Assembly: GCA_977020255.1 (NCBI GenBank)
Contig: CDROCS010000506.1
Span: forward strand, 62,001-126,000
Source: Obrimoposthia wandeli
Lineage: Eukaryota
Direction of reading: 5' to 3'
Length of the DNA: 64,000 bases
A program made the translations under genes and the position numbers. The notes beneath the pieces are model-generated. The model saw only the letters and a program-made list of their open reading frames with translations. It was not told the origin of the DNA and made no database searches. The stretch's first letter is position 1. Each line of letters starts with the position of its first letter. Shown here piece after piece: positions 1 through 10,505 of the stretch.

Positions 1-719
1 CCAGCTAATGCATCAATTGCATTACTGTGCTCGCTTTTTGCCATTTCAACATTAGCGCCTTCAGTGACCGTTTCTTGCTCTGGCACTAATAACTTCGCCA
101 TCAACAAACTGCCCGGCGCCGCCATGAAACTTGCGGCGATCAGGTATTTAATTTCAACGCCTAAACCTGCGTAGCCACCCAGTACACTACCTGCTACCGA
201 TGCCATACCACCCGTCATCACAGCGAACAATTCTGAACGTGTCATTGTTGGTAAGAAAGGCTTCACTAATAACGGTGATTCACCTTGCGATAGGAAGATG
301 TTACCTGTTGCTGCTAATGATTCCACACGACTGGTACCAAGAAACTTCTGGATACCACCGCCAATCACTTTAATCACCCACTGCATAACACCGATGTAAT
401 ACAGTAAGGAGATGAGCGCACTAATAAAGATAACTAACGGTAATACGCGGATCGCAAAGACAAAGCCTTCCGTCGCTAAATCACCAAATAAGAATTGGAT
501 ACCCACATCAGCAAATCCAAGCAGACCGGCAACACCGCTGCTCATCGCGCCTAACATTGATTGACCAATAGAAGAATAAAGCACAATGGCAGCAAAACTC
601 GCTTGCAGGAACAATGCCCCACCCACGGTACGCCAATTGATCGCTTTACGGTTTTCAGAAAGTGCGCATGCACATAAAATAAGTACTAAAATACCAACTA
701 AACTAATTAACAACTGCAT
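1..719 (-). CDS. NupC/NupG (CNT) family nucleoside:cation symporter, 5' part (runs off window start)
   Basis: Manual translation from ATG at 719: MQLLISLVGILVLILCACALSENRKAINWRTVGGALFLQ...RVESLAATGNIFLSQGESPLLVKPFL...ELFAVMTGGMASVAGSVLGGYA...LIAASFMAAPGSLLMAKLLVPE, typical CNT motifs; no stop to the window edge. Not in the ORF track. Confidence 0.92.
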   Translation of the reverse strand, partial: MQLLISLVGILVLILCACALSENRKAINWRTVGGALFLQASFAAIVLYSSIGQSMLGAMSSGVAGLLGFADVGIQFLFGDLATEGFVFAIRVLPLVIFISALISLLYYIGVMQWVIKVIGGGIQKFLGTSRVESLAATGNIFLSQGESPLLVKPFLPTMTRSELFAVMTGGMASVAGSVLGGYAGLGVEIKYLIAASFMAAPGSLLMAKLLVPEQETVTEGANVEMAKSEHSNAIDALA

Positions 720-932
720 TATTTCATCCTGGTCTTAAAAATAAATGTATAAGAATGAAGGTGTGATACCAATTGGAATAAAATTTAGATGGCAGTAAAC
801 GCAGGAAAAATTAACACCCAGTGGGATTAACTTAGACCTGATTCGATGATCATGATTTTATTGCAATGGGTATTACGTGCATTGGTATATGAGGTGAGGA
901 AAAACAGCATTTTTGGATAAAAATAATCTAGT

Positions 933-1070
933 CAGTCCGCCCAATAACAACATACGAGTCACCTTGATAGCAAGCTACAGTCACGCTGGTCCAAAATCCT
1001 TGGGTCGTTCACATTTCCTTGGTGACGGCTTGTAACTAAGGTGGCTAAACTCGATGGTTCTGGCCGGATG
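933..1070 (+). ncRNA. Candidate structured non-coding element (long nested hairpin), unassigned
   Basis: Nested pairings read by eye: 933-941/1062-1070, 951-959/1049-1056, 960-966/1037-1043, 971-976/1027-1032, 980-984/1022-1026. GC-richer than the flanking AT-rich DNA; no ORF. Confidence 0.35.
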
Positions 1071-1077
1071 AGAATTG

Positions 1078-1099
1078 TATAGAGATCTAGTTCACATTA
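1078..1099. promoter_or_regulatory. Putative CRP-binding site in the transporter / liu divergent intergenic region
   Basis: TATAGAGATCTAGTTCACATTA matches the CRP consensus AAATGTGATCTAGATCACATTT at 16/22 positions, with an intact TCACA half-site. Confidence 0.6.
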
Positions 1100-1295
1100 A
1101 CAACACTTTCCGCACTTTTACTTTAAATATTAAATTAATGCTTAACAATTAAACTAAGTCCGTAGTTATTAAACTAAATGTACAACTGAAAATGAAGCAA
1201 ATATCTCCAGCTCCAAATTGGCAACCCCCTCGTTAACGACCATACTCAAACTAATGAAAGACAAGATTAATTCGCCAGTTCAGTAAGACTCTTGA

Positions 1296-1313
1296 CTAAC
1301 TCTAACTCTAACT
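1296..1313. repeat. Short tandem repeat (CTAACT)x3 upstream of liuA
   Basis: ctaactctaactctaact read directly. Confidence 0.7.
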
Positions 1314-1351
1314 GTAGTCGTTCGTCATAGAGTCCCGAATAAGGAAAGTAG

Positions 1352-2524
1352 ATGCCTAATTCCTATACCTCACTTAACTTCGCCCTCGGTGAAACAATCG
1401 ATCTACTGCGCGACAGTGTCGCGGCGTTTGCCGAAGATGAAATAGCACCTCGCGCAGCGCAAATCGATAAAGACAATTTGTTTCCAGCAGATATGTGGCG
1501 CAAGTTTGGTGATATGGGGTTATTGGGCATTACCATCAGCGAAGAATATGGCGGCGTTAACATGAGTTACCTCGCCCACGTTGTTGCGATGCAGGAAATA
1601 AGTCGCGCTTCAGCCTCGGTCGGGCTCAGTTACGGTGCCCATTCAAACCTCTGCGTAAATCAAATTTACCGACATGGCAATGAACAACAAAAACAACAAT
1701 ACCTACCCAAACTCATCAGCGGCGAACACGTGGGTGCACTTGCCATGACCGAGCCTAACGCTGGTTCTGACGTGGTATCAATGAAGCTAAGTGCGCAATT
1801 AGACGGCGATGACTATGTGCTAAATGGCAATAAAATGTGGATCACCAATGGTCCCGAAGCCAGTACTTATATTGTTTACGCCAAAACAGCCCCTGAATTA
1901 AACAGCCACGGTATTACTGCTTTTATCGTTGAACGCGGCTTTGTCGGATTTAGCCAAGCACAAAAACTCGATAAGCTCGGCATGCGTGGTTCCAATACTT
2001 GCGAGTTAGTATTTCAACACTGCCGAGTACCCAAAGCGAATATCTTGGGCGAATTAAATAAAGGCGTGCAAGTACTCATGAGCGGGCTTGATTACGAACG
2101 CCTGGTATTAACCGGAGGTCCACTGGGGATCATGGATGCCTGTATGGATCTGGTTGTGCCCTATATCCACCAGCGCCAGCAATTCGGTAAAGCCATTGGT
2201 GAATTCCAACTTGTGCAAGCCAAAATTGCCGATATGTACAGCCAGATGAATGCCGCAAAATGTTATACCTACGCTGTTGCCCGTGCCTGTGATAACGGGG
2301 ACGCCAGTCGTAAGGATTGCGCAGGGGTGATCTTATATTGTGCTGAACTAGCGACGAAAATGGCACTCGATGCAATCCAATTATTAGGCGGAAATGGCTA
2401 TAGCAATGAGTACGCGGCAGGCCGGTTACTCCGAGATGCTAAGCTCTATGAAATTGGTGCAGGTACATCAGAAATGCGCAGAATGCTTATTGGTCGTGAA
2501 CTGTTTAACGAATCAAGAGGATAG
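1352..2524 (+). CDS. liuA: Isovaleryl-CoA dehydrogenase
   Basis: Acyl-CoA dehydrogenase motifs ([51 protein letters not shown]); first gene of the liu cluster; RBS AAGGA. Confidence 0.95.
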   Translation: MPNSYTSLNFALGETIDLLRDSVAAFAEDEIAPRAAQIDKDNLFPADMWRKFGDMGLLGITISEEYGGVNMSYLAHVVAMQEISRASASVGLSYGAHSNLCVNQIYRHGNEQQKQQYLPKLISGEHVGALAMTEPNAGSDVVSMKLSAQLDGDDYVLNGNKMWITNGPEASTYIVYAKTAPELNSHGITAFIVERGFVGFSQAQKLDKLGMRGSNTCELVFQHCRVPKANILGELNKGVQVLMSGLDYERLVLTGGPLGIMDACMDLVVPYIHQRQQFGKAIGEFQLVQAKIADMYSQMNAAKCYTYAVARACDNGDASRKDCAGVILYCAELATKMALDAIQLLGGNGYSNEYAAGRLLRDAKLYEIGAGTSEMRRMLIGRELFNESRG

Positions 2525-2529
2525 CGAAC

Positions 2530-4137
2530 ATGGCTAAAATTGGCACGGCGCTTAACATCAAACACCCGACTTTTGTGGCAAAACAACAGGCTATGCAGGA
2601 TCTTGTTCATCAACTCGAAAGCAATATTGAGCAAGTAAAACAAGGCGGTGGCGAAATAGCACAACAACGGCATTTAGCCCGAGGAAAAATGCTGGCACGC
2701 GAGCGTATTGATGCGTTATTAGATCCCGGTTCGCCATTACTCGAACTCGGTCAATTTGCGGCTTGGCAATATTATGACGATGCCGTACCCGCAGCGGGTG
2801 TGGTGGCTGGTATCGGCCGTGTAAATGGCATTGAATGCATGATCATCGCTAACGATGCCACCGTTAAAGGCGGTACTTATTACCCCCTCACGGTAAAAAA
2901 ACATTTACGCGCCCAAGAAATTGCCGAACGCTGCTGCCTACCCTGTATCTATTTAGTCGACTCTGGCGGTGCGTTTTTACCCCGACAAGATGAAGTGTTT
3001 CCCGACCGTGACCACTTTGGCCGTATCTTCTTTAATCAAGCCAACATGTCCGCCAAAGGCATTCCACAAATCGCTTCGGTTATGGGCTTATGTACTGCTG
3101 GAGGTGCCTATGTGCCAGCAATGGCTGATGAGTCGATTATTGTAAAACAACAAGGTACTATCTTTTTAGCAGGTCCACCGCTGGTCAAAGCGGCTACCGG
3201 TGAAGAAGTCAGTGCCGAAGAACTCGGCGGCGCTGATGTGCACTGTAAAATATCGGGGGTTGCCGACCATTATGCCCAAGATGATGCCCACGCATTACAA
3301 CTTGTACGCCAAGCTATCGCTAATATCAATCACCTCAAACGGCCCGATTTAACGGTGTATCCCAGTGCCCCACCACTATTCGACAGCCTAGAATTATACG
3401 GTATTGTCGGCACTGATTTAAAAAAGCAGTTCGATGTTAAAGAAGTCATTGCTCGAATTGTAGATAACTCTGAATTGGATGAATTTAAACAGTATTACGG
3501 GGCCACATTGGTGTGTGGATTTGCGCGGATTCATGGCTATCCTGTTGGCATCATCGCCAATAATGGGGTGTTATTCTCGGAATCGGCACAAAAAGGCGCT
3601 CATTTTATTCAGCTGTGTTGCAAACGAAAGATCCCATTAGTATTCCTGCAAAATATCACTGGCTTTATGGTGGGTAAAAAATACGAAGCGGAAGGTATCG
3701 CCAAACATGGGGCGAAAATGGTGGCCGCAGTATCTTGCGCTCAAGTACCCAAATTTACGGTCATTATTGGCGGCAGTTATGGTGCCGGTAATTACGGTAT
3801 GTGCGGTCGCGCGTACGATCCCACCTTGTTATGGATATGGCCGAATGCCAGAATTTCGGTCATGGGTGGAGAACAAGCCGCGAGTGTGCTCAGCCAAGTT
3901 AAAAAAGACGGTTTAGCCCGTAATAATAAAACCATGACAGCAGAAGAAGAAGCCGAGTTCAAAGCGCCTATTGTTAAGCAGTATGAAACCCAAGGCGACC
4001 CTTATTATGCCAGTGCACGCTTGTGGGACGACGGCATTATCGACCCCTTACAAACAAGACAAGTACTGGGTTTAGCAATATCAGCCGCACTCAACGCGCC
4101 TATTGCCGATACCCAATTTGGTATTTTTAGAATGTAG
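2530..4137 (+). CDS. liuB: 3-methylcrotonyl-CoA carboxylase beta (carboxyltransferase) subunit
   Basis: [42 protein letters not shown] and [13 protein letters not shown] motifs. Confidence 0.96.
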   Translation: MAKIGTALNIKHPTFVAKQQAMQDLVHQLESNIEQVKQGGGEIAQQRHLARGKMLARERIDALLDPGSPLLELGQFAAWQYYDDAVPAAGVVAGIGRVNGIECMIIANDATVKGGTYYPLTVKKHLRAQEIAERCCLPCIYLVDSGGAFLPRQDEVFPDRDHFGRIFFNQANMSAKGIPQIASVMGLCTAGGAYVPAMADESIIVKQQGTIFLAGPPLVKAATGEEVSAEELGGADVHCKISGVADHYAQDDAHALQLVRQAIANINHLKRPDLTVYPSAPPLFDSLELYGIVGTDLKKQFDVKEVIARIVDNSELDEFKQYYGATLVCGFARIHGYPVGIIANNGVLFSESAQKGAHFIQLCCKRKIPLVFLQNITGFMVGKKYEAEGIAKHGAKMVAAVSCAQVPKFTVIIGGSYGAGNYGMCGRAYDPTLLWIWPNARISVMGGEQAASVLSQVKKDGLARNNKTMTAEEEAEFKAPIVKQYETQGDPYYASARLWDDGIIDPLQTRQVLGLAISAALNAPIADTQFGIFRM

Positions 4138-4161
4138 TGTCAATAAGCCTAATCACCTATT

Positions 4162-4182
4162 AATAATCAATAATCAATAATC
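4162..4182. repeat. Short tandem repeat (AATAATC)x3 between liuB and liuC
   Basis: aataatcaataatcaataatc read directly. Confidence 0.7.
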
Positions 4183-4215
4183 ACGCTAGGTTACCAACCA
4201 CGTTAGGAACCATGA

Positions 4216-5031
4216 ATGACAACAAAATCAGAGCAGTTAAACATTATCAATGCAGAACACTTCCACACGGCTGTTGATGATCGCGGTATCGCCACAATCA
4301 CCCTGACACGACCCCAGGTACGCAATGCGTTTAACGTCGACACCATTAATCACCTGTTAACAACGCTCACGGTATTAGAACATGATCTCGCTGTGCGCAT
4401 CTTGCTATTGCGCGCCCAAGGCGAACACTTCTGTGCCGGTGCGGATATACACTGGATGAAAGATGTCGTCACATTAGGTTATCAAGAAAACCTCGCTGAC
4501 GCAGGGAAATTAGCCAAACTGATGGACAAGCTAAACCAATTCCCCAAACCCACAATTGCCCTTGTACAAGGCGCTTGCTTTGGTGGTGCAATAGGTCTGG
4601 TGGCCTGTTGCGATATTGCACTGGCAACATCAACAGCAAAATTCTGCTTGAGTGAAGTAAAAATAGGCCTTATTCCAGCAGTGATAAGCCCTTACCTTGT
4701 GGCGGCAATGGGAGTGAGACAAGCTCGTCGCTATTGCTTAACCGGTGAACATTTTAGCGCAGCACAAGCCCTTCAATATGGTTTGGTTCACCACCTTGGT
4801 GATAATTTAGATACAATCGCAGCGCCTTTCATTGATAATCTACTCAACAATAGTCCCGCTGCGATGCAAGCCATAAAATCACTGCTTCACGACATTAATA
4901 ACCAAGCCATTAACGACGTATTAATTGCCGATACCAGTCAACGTATCGCTGCAATTCGGGTATCGAACGAAGCACAGGAAGGCTTAGATGCATTTCTGAG
5001 TAAGCGTAAGCCCGACTGGACCAAGGAATAA
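4216..5031 (+). CDS. liuC: Methylglutaconyl-CoA hydratase (crotonase family)
   Basis: Enoyl-CoA hydratase motifs FCAGAD, GGAIGLVACCD, SEVKIGLIPAVISPY; operon position. Confidence 0.9.
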   Translation: MTTKSEQLNIINAEHFHTAVDDRGIATITLTRPQVRNAFNVDTINHLLTTLTVLEHDLAVRILLLRAQGEHFCAGADIHWMKDVVTLGYQENLADAGKLAKLMDKLNQFPKPTIALVQGACFGGAIGLVACCDIALATSTAKFCLSEVKIGLIPAVISPYLVAAMGVRQARRYCLTGEHFSAAQALQYGLVHHLGDNLDTIAAPFIDNLLNNSPAAMQAIKSLLHDINNQAINDVLIADTSQRIAAIRVSNEAQEGLDAFLSKRKPDWTKE

Positions 5032-5036
5032 CGCTT

Positions 5037-7226
5037 ATGTCGCATCAGGTCTCACAGCCAGCACACTTTAACAAACACTCGAATAAACAGTTTAACAGAC
5101 TGCTTATCGCTAATCGCGGTGAAATAGCCTGCCGCATAATAACAACAGCGCAGCGATTGGGTATCAAATGTGTGGCCATTTATTCTGCGGCAGACAGTAA
5201 CGCACGGCATGTAAAAATGGCCGATGAAGCATTTTATTTAGGACCTGCACCCGCGACAGAATCTTACCTTAATAGCCAACGCATACTCACTATTGCCCAG
5301 CAAGCCAACGTACAAGCTATTCATCCCGGTTATGGGTTTTTATCCGAAAACGCAGCATTCGCCCAGGCCTGCGCCCAACAAGGATTAATCTTCATTGGCC
5401 CAAGTGTTGAAGCTATTACCACAATGGGCAGTAAAAGTGCGGCAAAAGCGATTATGGCGACCGCCGATGTGCCACTTGTTCCCGGTTATCATGGTAAAGC
5501 CCAAGATGAAAAAACATTAAAGCAGCACTCGCTTAAAGTGGGTTACCCACAACTACTCAAAGCGGTATATGGCGGCGGTGGTAAAGGCATGCGTATTGTC
5601 CATCACCCCGAAGAGTTTAACCAAGCACTCGCCGCAACCAAACGAGAGGCAATGGCCAGTTTTGGTAATGACGACATGCTTATTGAGCGCTACTTAACCA
5701 AGACTCGGCACGTCGAAATTCAAATATTCAGCGACAACCACGGTAACTGTATTTACCTGTCTCAGCGCGATTGCTCGATTCAACGCCGCCATCAAAAGAT
5801 ACTCGAAGAAGCCCCCGCCCCCGCATTACCGCTGGTAACACAAATCGCCATGGGAGAAGCCGCGGTAGCAGCCGCTCAAGCTATCGATTATCAAGGCGCT
5901 GGCACAGTCGAATTCTTATACGACGAACAAGGTCTATTCTATTTCATGGAGATGAATACCCGCTTACAAGTCGAACATCCCGTCACCGAGATGATCACGG
6001 GATTAGACTTAGTCGAATGGCAACTGCATATTGCCAATGACGCGCCATTACCACTGACTCAAACACAAGTTAAAATCAGCGGTCATGCTATCGAAGTACG
6101 TATTTATGCCGAGGACACCGAGCATGATTTCATGCCTGCTAGCGGCAAAATCACATACTTAAGTCAACCAAACATATCTGAACATGTACGTATTGATACT
6201 GGTGTTATTGAAGGCGATGAGATCAGCCCGTATTACGATCCCATGATTGCCAAGTTAATCGTCTGGGATCATACTCGCGATTTAGCTATTACTCGTCTGC
6301 AAGCCGCGTTGTCTGATTATAAGATTGCCGGTATTAAAACTAACATTGGATTTCTAACCCAGCTATCCCAAGTGCCCGCATTACAACGCGCAGCGCTGAA
6401 CACTGATTTTTTACTCACCCATGCAGCAGATTTAGTACCAACACCGGTCAATATTAACTACGTTTTACTCCTGGCAGGGCTCGCTTTACAACTGCAACAG
6501 CAGTCAACACCACAACTTGATGTGATAAATACACTACACCCAGCAATGCATAACACCAATCAGGATAATGATTCCCCTTGGGCGCAAACAACAGGCTGGC
6601 GTTTAAATCAACCTGCTATCAACACCGTTAAATTAACGATATCGAATAACAGCCATCACCTTGATATTAACGATGATCAAGAGCAGCAATACAGCCTTAG
6701 TTTTACAACCTTGGCTCAAGGCTATCAAGTTCAAATTAATGACCACTCTCATCACCATAATCAAAAGCAAAAGCATAAAAAGCAGCAGCAAGATCACCAG
6801 ATCCACGGCGAACTAGATGGTCATCAACTCACGGCATTTATTGATGGCCATCGAATTAAGGCAACGGTCGATATCTCGCAGTCACAAATCACGTTGTTTT
6901 ATGCTGCTCGCAGTACCGTATTGTTTCGCCAAACGATTATGCAAAAAAACGTCTTACCAACTAGTATTGATACTGAACTGGAAACAAAAATAACCGCTCC
7001 AATGAATGGCGTTATCGTTAGTGTACTGTGCCAAGTCGATCAAGTTGTCGACGCAGGCGAACCTTTAGTCGTGATGGAAGCGATGAAGATGGAGTGCAAT
7101 ATAAACGCGCCGGTAGCAGGCACAATTACCACCGTGTTTTATCAAGAAGGTGACATGGTTGAAGATGGTGCTGAATTAATACAGTTAACCCCTTCTCTCA
7201 TTCTTGATAACAAGGAACAGGCCTAA
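5037..7226 (+). CDS. liuD: 3-methylcrotonyl-CoA carboxylase alpha (biotin carboxylase + biotin carrier) subunit
   Basis: LIANRGEIACR, HPGYGFLSENA, RDCSIQRRHQK, FMEMNTRLQVEHPVTE, biotinyl motif EAMKME. Confidence 0.95.
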   Translation: MSHQVSQPAHFNKHSNKQFNRLLIANRGEIACRIITTAQRLGIKCVAIYSAADSNARHVKMADEAFYLGPAPATESYLNSQRILTIAQQANVQAIHPGYGFLSENAAFAQACAQQGLIFIGPSVEAITTMGSKSAAKAIMATADVPLVPGYHGKAQDEKTLKQHSLKVGYPQLLKAVYGGGGKGMRIVHHPEEFNQALAATKREAMASFGNDDMLIERYLTKTRHVEIQIFSDNHGNCIYLSQRDCSIQRRHQKILEEAPAPALPLVTQIAMGEAAVAAAQAIDYQGAGTVEFLYDEQGLFYFMEMNTRLQVEHPVTEMITGLDLVEWQLHIANDAPLPLTQTQVKISGHAIEVRIYAEDTEHDFMPASGKITYLSQPNISEHVRIDTGVIEGDEISPYYDPMIAKLIVWDHTRDLAITRLQAALSDYKIAGIKTNIGFLTQLSQVPALQRAALNTDFLLTHAADLVPTPVNINYVLLLAGLALQLQQQSTPQLDVINTLHPAMHNTNQDNDSPWAQTTGWRLNQPAINTVKLTISNNSHHLDINDDQEQQYSLSFTTLAQGYQVQINDHSHHHNQKQKHKKQQQDHQIHGELDGHQLTAFIDGHRIKATVDISQSQITLFYAARSTVLFRQTIMQKNVLPTSIDTELETKITAPMNGVIVSVLCQVDQVVDAGEPLVVMEAMKMECNINAPVAGTITTVFYQEGDMVEDGAELIQLTPSLILDNKEQA

Positions 7227-8215
7227 TGGCGTCTCTCATTCCAACAAACGTGAAGCACTTATCAGCCAAAGGCAATCAACCCTCTGAAAAAATTAGTCAG
7301 CTGCCTGATAAAGTTAAAATTGTCGAAGTCGGCCCGCGTGACGGCCTACAAAATGAAATTGAAGTAAGCCTAAGTGATAAAGTGTCTCTGGTGAATATGC
7401 TTAGCCACACAGGTTTAACCATGATCGAATCCGGTAGTTTTGTGTCACCGAAATGGGTACCACAAATGGCCAATAGCAGTGAGCTTTTCCAACGAATAAA
7501 GCGTAGTCACGGCGTTACTTATTCTGCGTTAACACCTAACTTAATTGGTTTGAATGCTGCAATATCTGCAAACGTCGACGAAATAGCCATATTCGGTTCA
7601 GCATCAGAAAGCTTTAGTCGTAAAAATATTAACTGCTCTATTAGCGAGTCGTTACGCCAATTTGAACCCGTCGTAACACAAGCTCTCGCAGCTGGCTTAC
7701 CCGTACGCGGTTATATATCTTGTACCCTTGGTTGCCCCTACGAAGGTTATATCAGTATCAATAAAGTCGCGAAAGTCGCCCAACAATTACACGATATGGG
7801 GTGTTATCAAATAAGCCTTGGCGATACCGTCGGCGTCGGCACGCCTGAAGCGGTCAAAGCCATGATTAACGCCGTCAGTCAGCACGTGCCTATCGACAAT
7901 TTAGCCGTGCATTTTCATGATACCTATGGCCAAGCACTCGCTAACATTTATGCAGCATTACAATTAGGCATTAACGTTATCGACAGTGCTGTCGCTGGTT
8001 TAGGCGGTTGTCCTTATGCCCAAGGCGCATCGGGTAATGTAGCTACCGAAGATGTGGTGTATATGCTCAATGGTTTAGGCATCGAATCTGGCGTTGATTT
8101 GAATGAATTAATTGCCGCCGGTAATTTTATTTGCCAACGTTTAAACCGCGCAAATGGCTCTAAAGTCGCGTTAGCCTACCCAACTGCCCAAGCTCGATTT
8201 CAATCATTAATATGA
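7226..8215 (+). CDS. liuE: Hydroxymethylglutaryl-CoA lyase
   Basis: VEVGPRDGLQNE, HFHDTYGQAL, GLGGCPYAQGASGNVATED motifs; start overlaps the liuD stop. Confidence 0.95.
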   Translation: MASLIPTNVKHLSAKGNQPSEKISQLPDKVKIVEVGPRDGLQNEIEVSLSDKVSLVNMLSHTGLTMIESGSFVSPKWVPQMANSSELFQRIKRSHGVTYSALTPNLIGLNAAISANVDEIAIFGSASESFSRKNINCSISESLRQFEPVVTQALAAGLPVRGYISCTLGCPYEGYISINKVAKVAQQLHDMGCYQISLGDTVGVGTPEAVKAMINAVSQHVPIDNLAVHFHDTYGQALANIYAALQLGINVIDSAVAGLGGCPYAQGASGNVATEDVVYMLNGLGIESGVDLNELIAAGNFICQRLNRANGSKVALAYPTAQARFQSLI

Positions 8216-8216
8216 G

Positions 8217-10385
8217 GTGATGATGGCAGCGCAATCAACAGATCCAATCTGGACACCAAGCCAAGCCCGTATTGATAACAGTAACATCACCCGTTACCTG
8301 CAATTTCTACGTGAGGAATACAGCCTGACGTTTGTCCATTACCAACAATTGCATCAATGGAGTATCGACAATACTGCGGTATTCTGGGGCTCGTTAGTGC
8401 ACTTTTTTAACTTCAAAGGTAACTTTAACCTTAAGCGTGTTTTTGTCCAAAATGACTGTTTTTATCATTGCCAATGGTTTCCTGATTCGACATTAAACTT
8501 CGCTGAAAACCTGTTGTTTCCAACTGTTTTTTCTATTAATAAAAAGTCTATATCTATTAATAAAAATCATGTTTCAACGAATTGTAGCCATTACTCAGCT
8601 AATGACCAACATAGCGTCAATCCAGACAAGTTGGCCATCATCTGCTGTCGTGAAGATGGCCAGCGAACGCAACTCAGCTATCAACAATTACGGGATGAAG
8701 TCACGCGCGTTGCAGCTGCTATGCGCGAATTAGGCATTGTAAAAGGCGATCGCGTTGCGGGTTTATTACCAAACTGCAGCGAAGCGATTATTGCCATGCT
8801 CGCGACCACTAGCATTGGCGCTATCTGGTCATCTTGCTCGCCTGACTTTGGTCATCAGGGTGTGCTTGACCGATTTATTCAAATTAAACCTAAGTTATTA
8901 TTCGCCTGTAACGGTTATTACTACGCCGGTAAGCAGATCGATATTCGCGAAAAAGTGAATGCGATCGCCAGCGTCCTGGCAGACTTAACACAGCTCGTTA
9001 TAATTCCTTATTTAGCGCTAGACGTAGACATACAGACGCAAGCAAACGTAACGCCATCCATACTAGATAAAACCACGGTCTGTCACTGGCGACATTTTTG
9101 TGCGGCGATCCCACGCTCCTTAAGCTTCGAAGCGACGGCTTTTGCAGACCCCTTGTATATCCTCTATTCCTCAGGCACAACGGGCATGCCAAAATGTATC
9201 GTCCACAGTGTTGGTGGTACCCTATTACAACATGCTAAAGAACTGGCGTTACATACCGATGTACAAATTGATGACCGCATTTTTTATTACACCACGTGTG
9301 GTTGGATGATGTGGAATTGGCTAGTGAGCAGTTTATCGCAGGGCGCAACCTTAGTTTTGTTTGACGGCTCGCCTTTTCACCCCCACAAACAAGTACTTTT
9401 TGAATTGGCAGACACCGAAAAAGTGTCTATTTTTGGTGCTAGTGCCAAATATTATTCAGCCTGTGATAAAGCACAATTACGTCCTGCTGAAACTTACAAA
9501 CTCAGCAATTTGAAAACTATGTTATCCACGGGATCGACTTTATCCCATGAAAGTTTTGATTATATTTATCAACATATTAAGCAGGATGTTTGCCTGTCCA
9601 GTATCTGTGGCGGTACCGATATTATCTCCTGCTTTATGTTAGGCATGCCGACCTTACCTGTATACCGTGGTGAGCTGCAATGCATAGGGTTAGGTATGGA
9701 CGTGGCGTTTATGCAAGGTGACTTGGTCTGCCGACAACCTTTCCCATCAATGCCAACGGGGTTTTGGCAAGATCCCGATGATCGTAAATATCATGACGCT
9801 TATTTTTCACGTTTCCATAATATTTGGGCGCACGGTGATTACGGTGAGCTGATTTACCATTATATTAATCCCAGCCCTGAATTAGTCAAACCTATCGAAA
9901 ATAAAAGCGAATCAGTAGCAGATAGTGGTATTAAAAAAAGTACCGACATCTCTATCAAACAGATAGGTGTGATCATCCACGGCCGCTCTGATGCGGTATT
10001 AAACCCGGGAGGTGTGCGTATTGGTACTGCTGAAATATACCGACAAGTTGAAAAGCTGCCTGCGATCCAAGAGTCCATTGCGATTGGTCAACAGTGGCGT
10101 GATGATGTACGGGTGATCTTGTTTGTGCGTTTATCTGCAGGTGTTGAATTAGATAGCCAATTAATCAGTCAAATCAAACAAGTCATTCGCACCAATACTA
10201 CACCAAGACACGTGCCTGCTAAAATCATCGCTGTAGCAGATATCCCCAAAACCATCAGTGGTAAGATCGTCGAACTCGCGGTGCGTAACGTCGTACACGG
10301 TATATCAGTAACAAACAAAGATGCCCTCGCCAATCCTGAAGCATTGACCTTGTTTGCTCATTTAGCTGAACTACAATGTAAATAG
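8217..10385 (+). CDS. aacS: Acetoacetyl-CoA synthetase (acetoacetate--CoA ligase)
   Basis: YSSGTTGMPKCIVH, YYTTCGWMMWNWL, SICGGTDIISCF, WAHGDY, GRSDAVLNPGGVRIGTAEIY motifs. Confidence 0.9.
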   Translation: MMMAAQSTDPIWTPSQARIDNSNITRYLQFLREEYSLTFVHYQQLHQWSIDNTAVFWGSLVHFFNFKGNFNLKRVFVQNDCFYHCQWFPDSTLNFAENLLFPTVFSINKKSISINKNHVSTNCSHYSANDQHSVNPDKLAIICCREDGQRTQLSYQQLRDEVTRVAAAMRELGIVKGDRVAGLLPNCSEAIIAMLATTSIGAIWSSCSPDFGHQGVLDRFIQIKPKLLFACNGYYYAGKQIDIREKVNAIASVLADLTQLVIIPYLALDVDIQTQANVTPSILDKTTVCHWRHFCAAIPRSLSFEATAFADPLYILYSSGTTGMPKCIVHSVGGTLLQHAKELALHTDVQIDDRIFYYTTCGWMMWNWLVSSLSQGATLVLFDGSPFHPHKQVLFELADTEKVSIFGASAKYYSACDKAQLRPAETYKLSNLKTMLSTGSTLSHESFDYIYQHIKQDVCLSSICGGTDIISCFMLGMPTLPVYRGELQCIGLGMDVAFMQGDLVCRQPFPSMPTGFWQDPDDRKYHDAYFSRFHNIWAHGDYGELIYHYINPSPELVKPIENKSESVADSGIKKSTDISIKQIGVIIHGRSDAVLNPGGVRIGTAEIYRQVEKLPAIQESIAIGQQWRDDVRVILFVRLSAGVELDSQLISQIKQVIRTNTTPRHVPAKIIAVADIPKTISGKIVELAVRNVVHGISVTNKDALANPEALTLFAHLAELQCK

Positions 10386-10435
10386 TGTCCCTATTTCTAC
10401 GCCGTTATTCACAAATCATTTATATCACCACTTGT

Positions 10436-10462
10436 ATATCGTATATTTACAATGTACGATAT
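10436..10462. promoter_or_regulatory. Inverted repeat, candidate ArsR/BigR-type operator of the MBL-yeeE operon
   Basis: ATATCGTATATT-TAC-AATGTACGATAT: 12-bp arms with 11/12 complementarity, 43 nt upstream of the MBL start; the operon encodes an ArsR regulator. Confidence 0.5.
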
Positions 10463-10505
10463 TGAATCGTGAATAGTTGTAATAAACGGTCTTGAGGAGC
10501 TTAAG

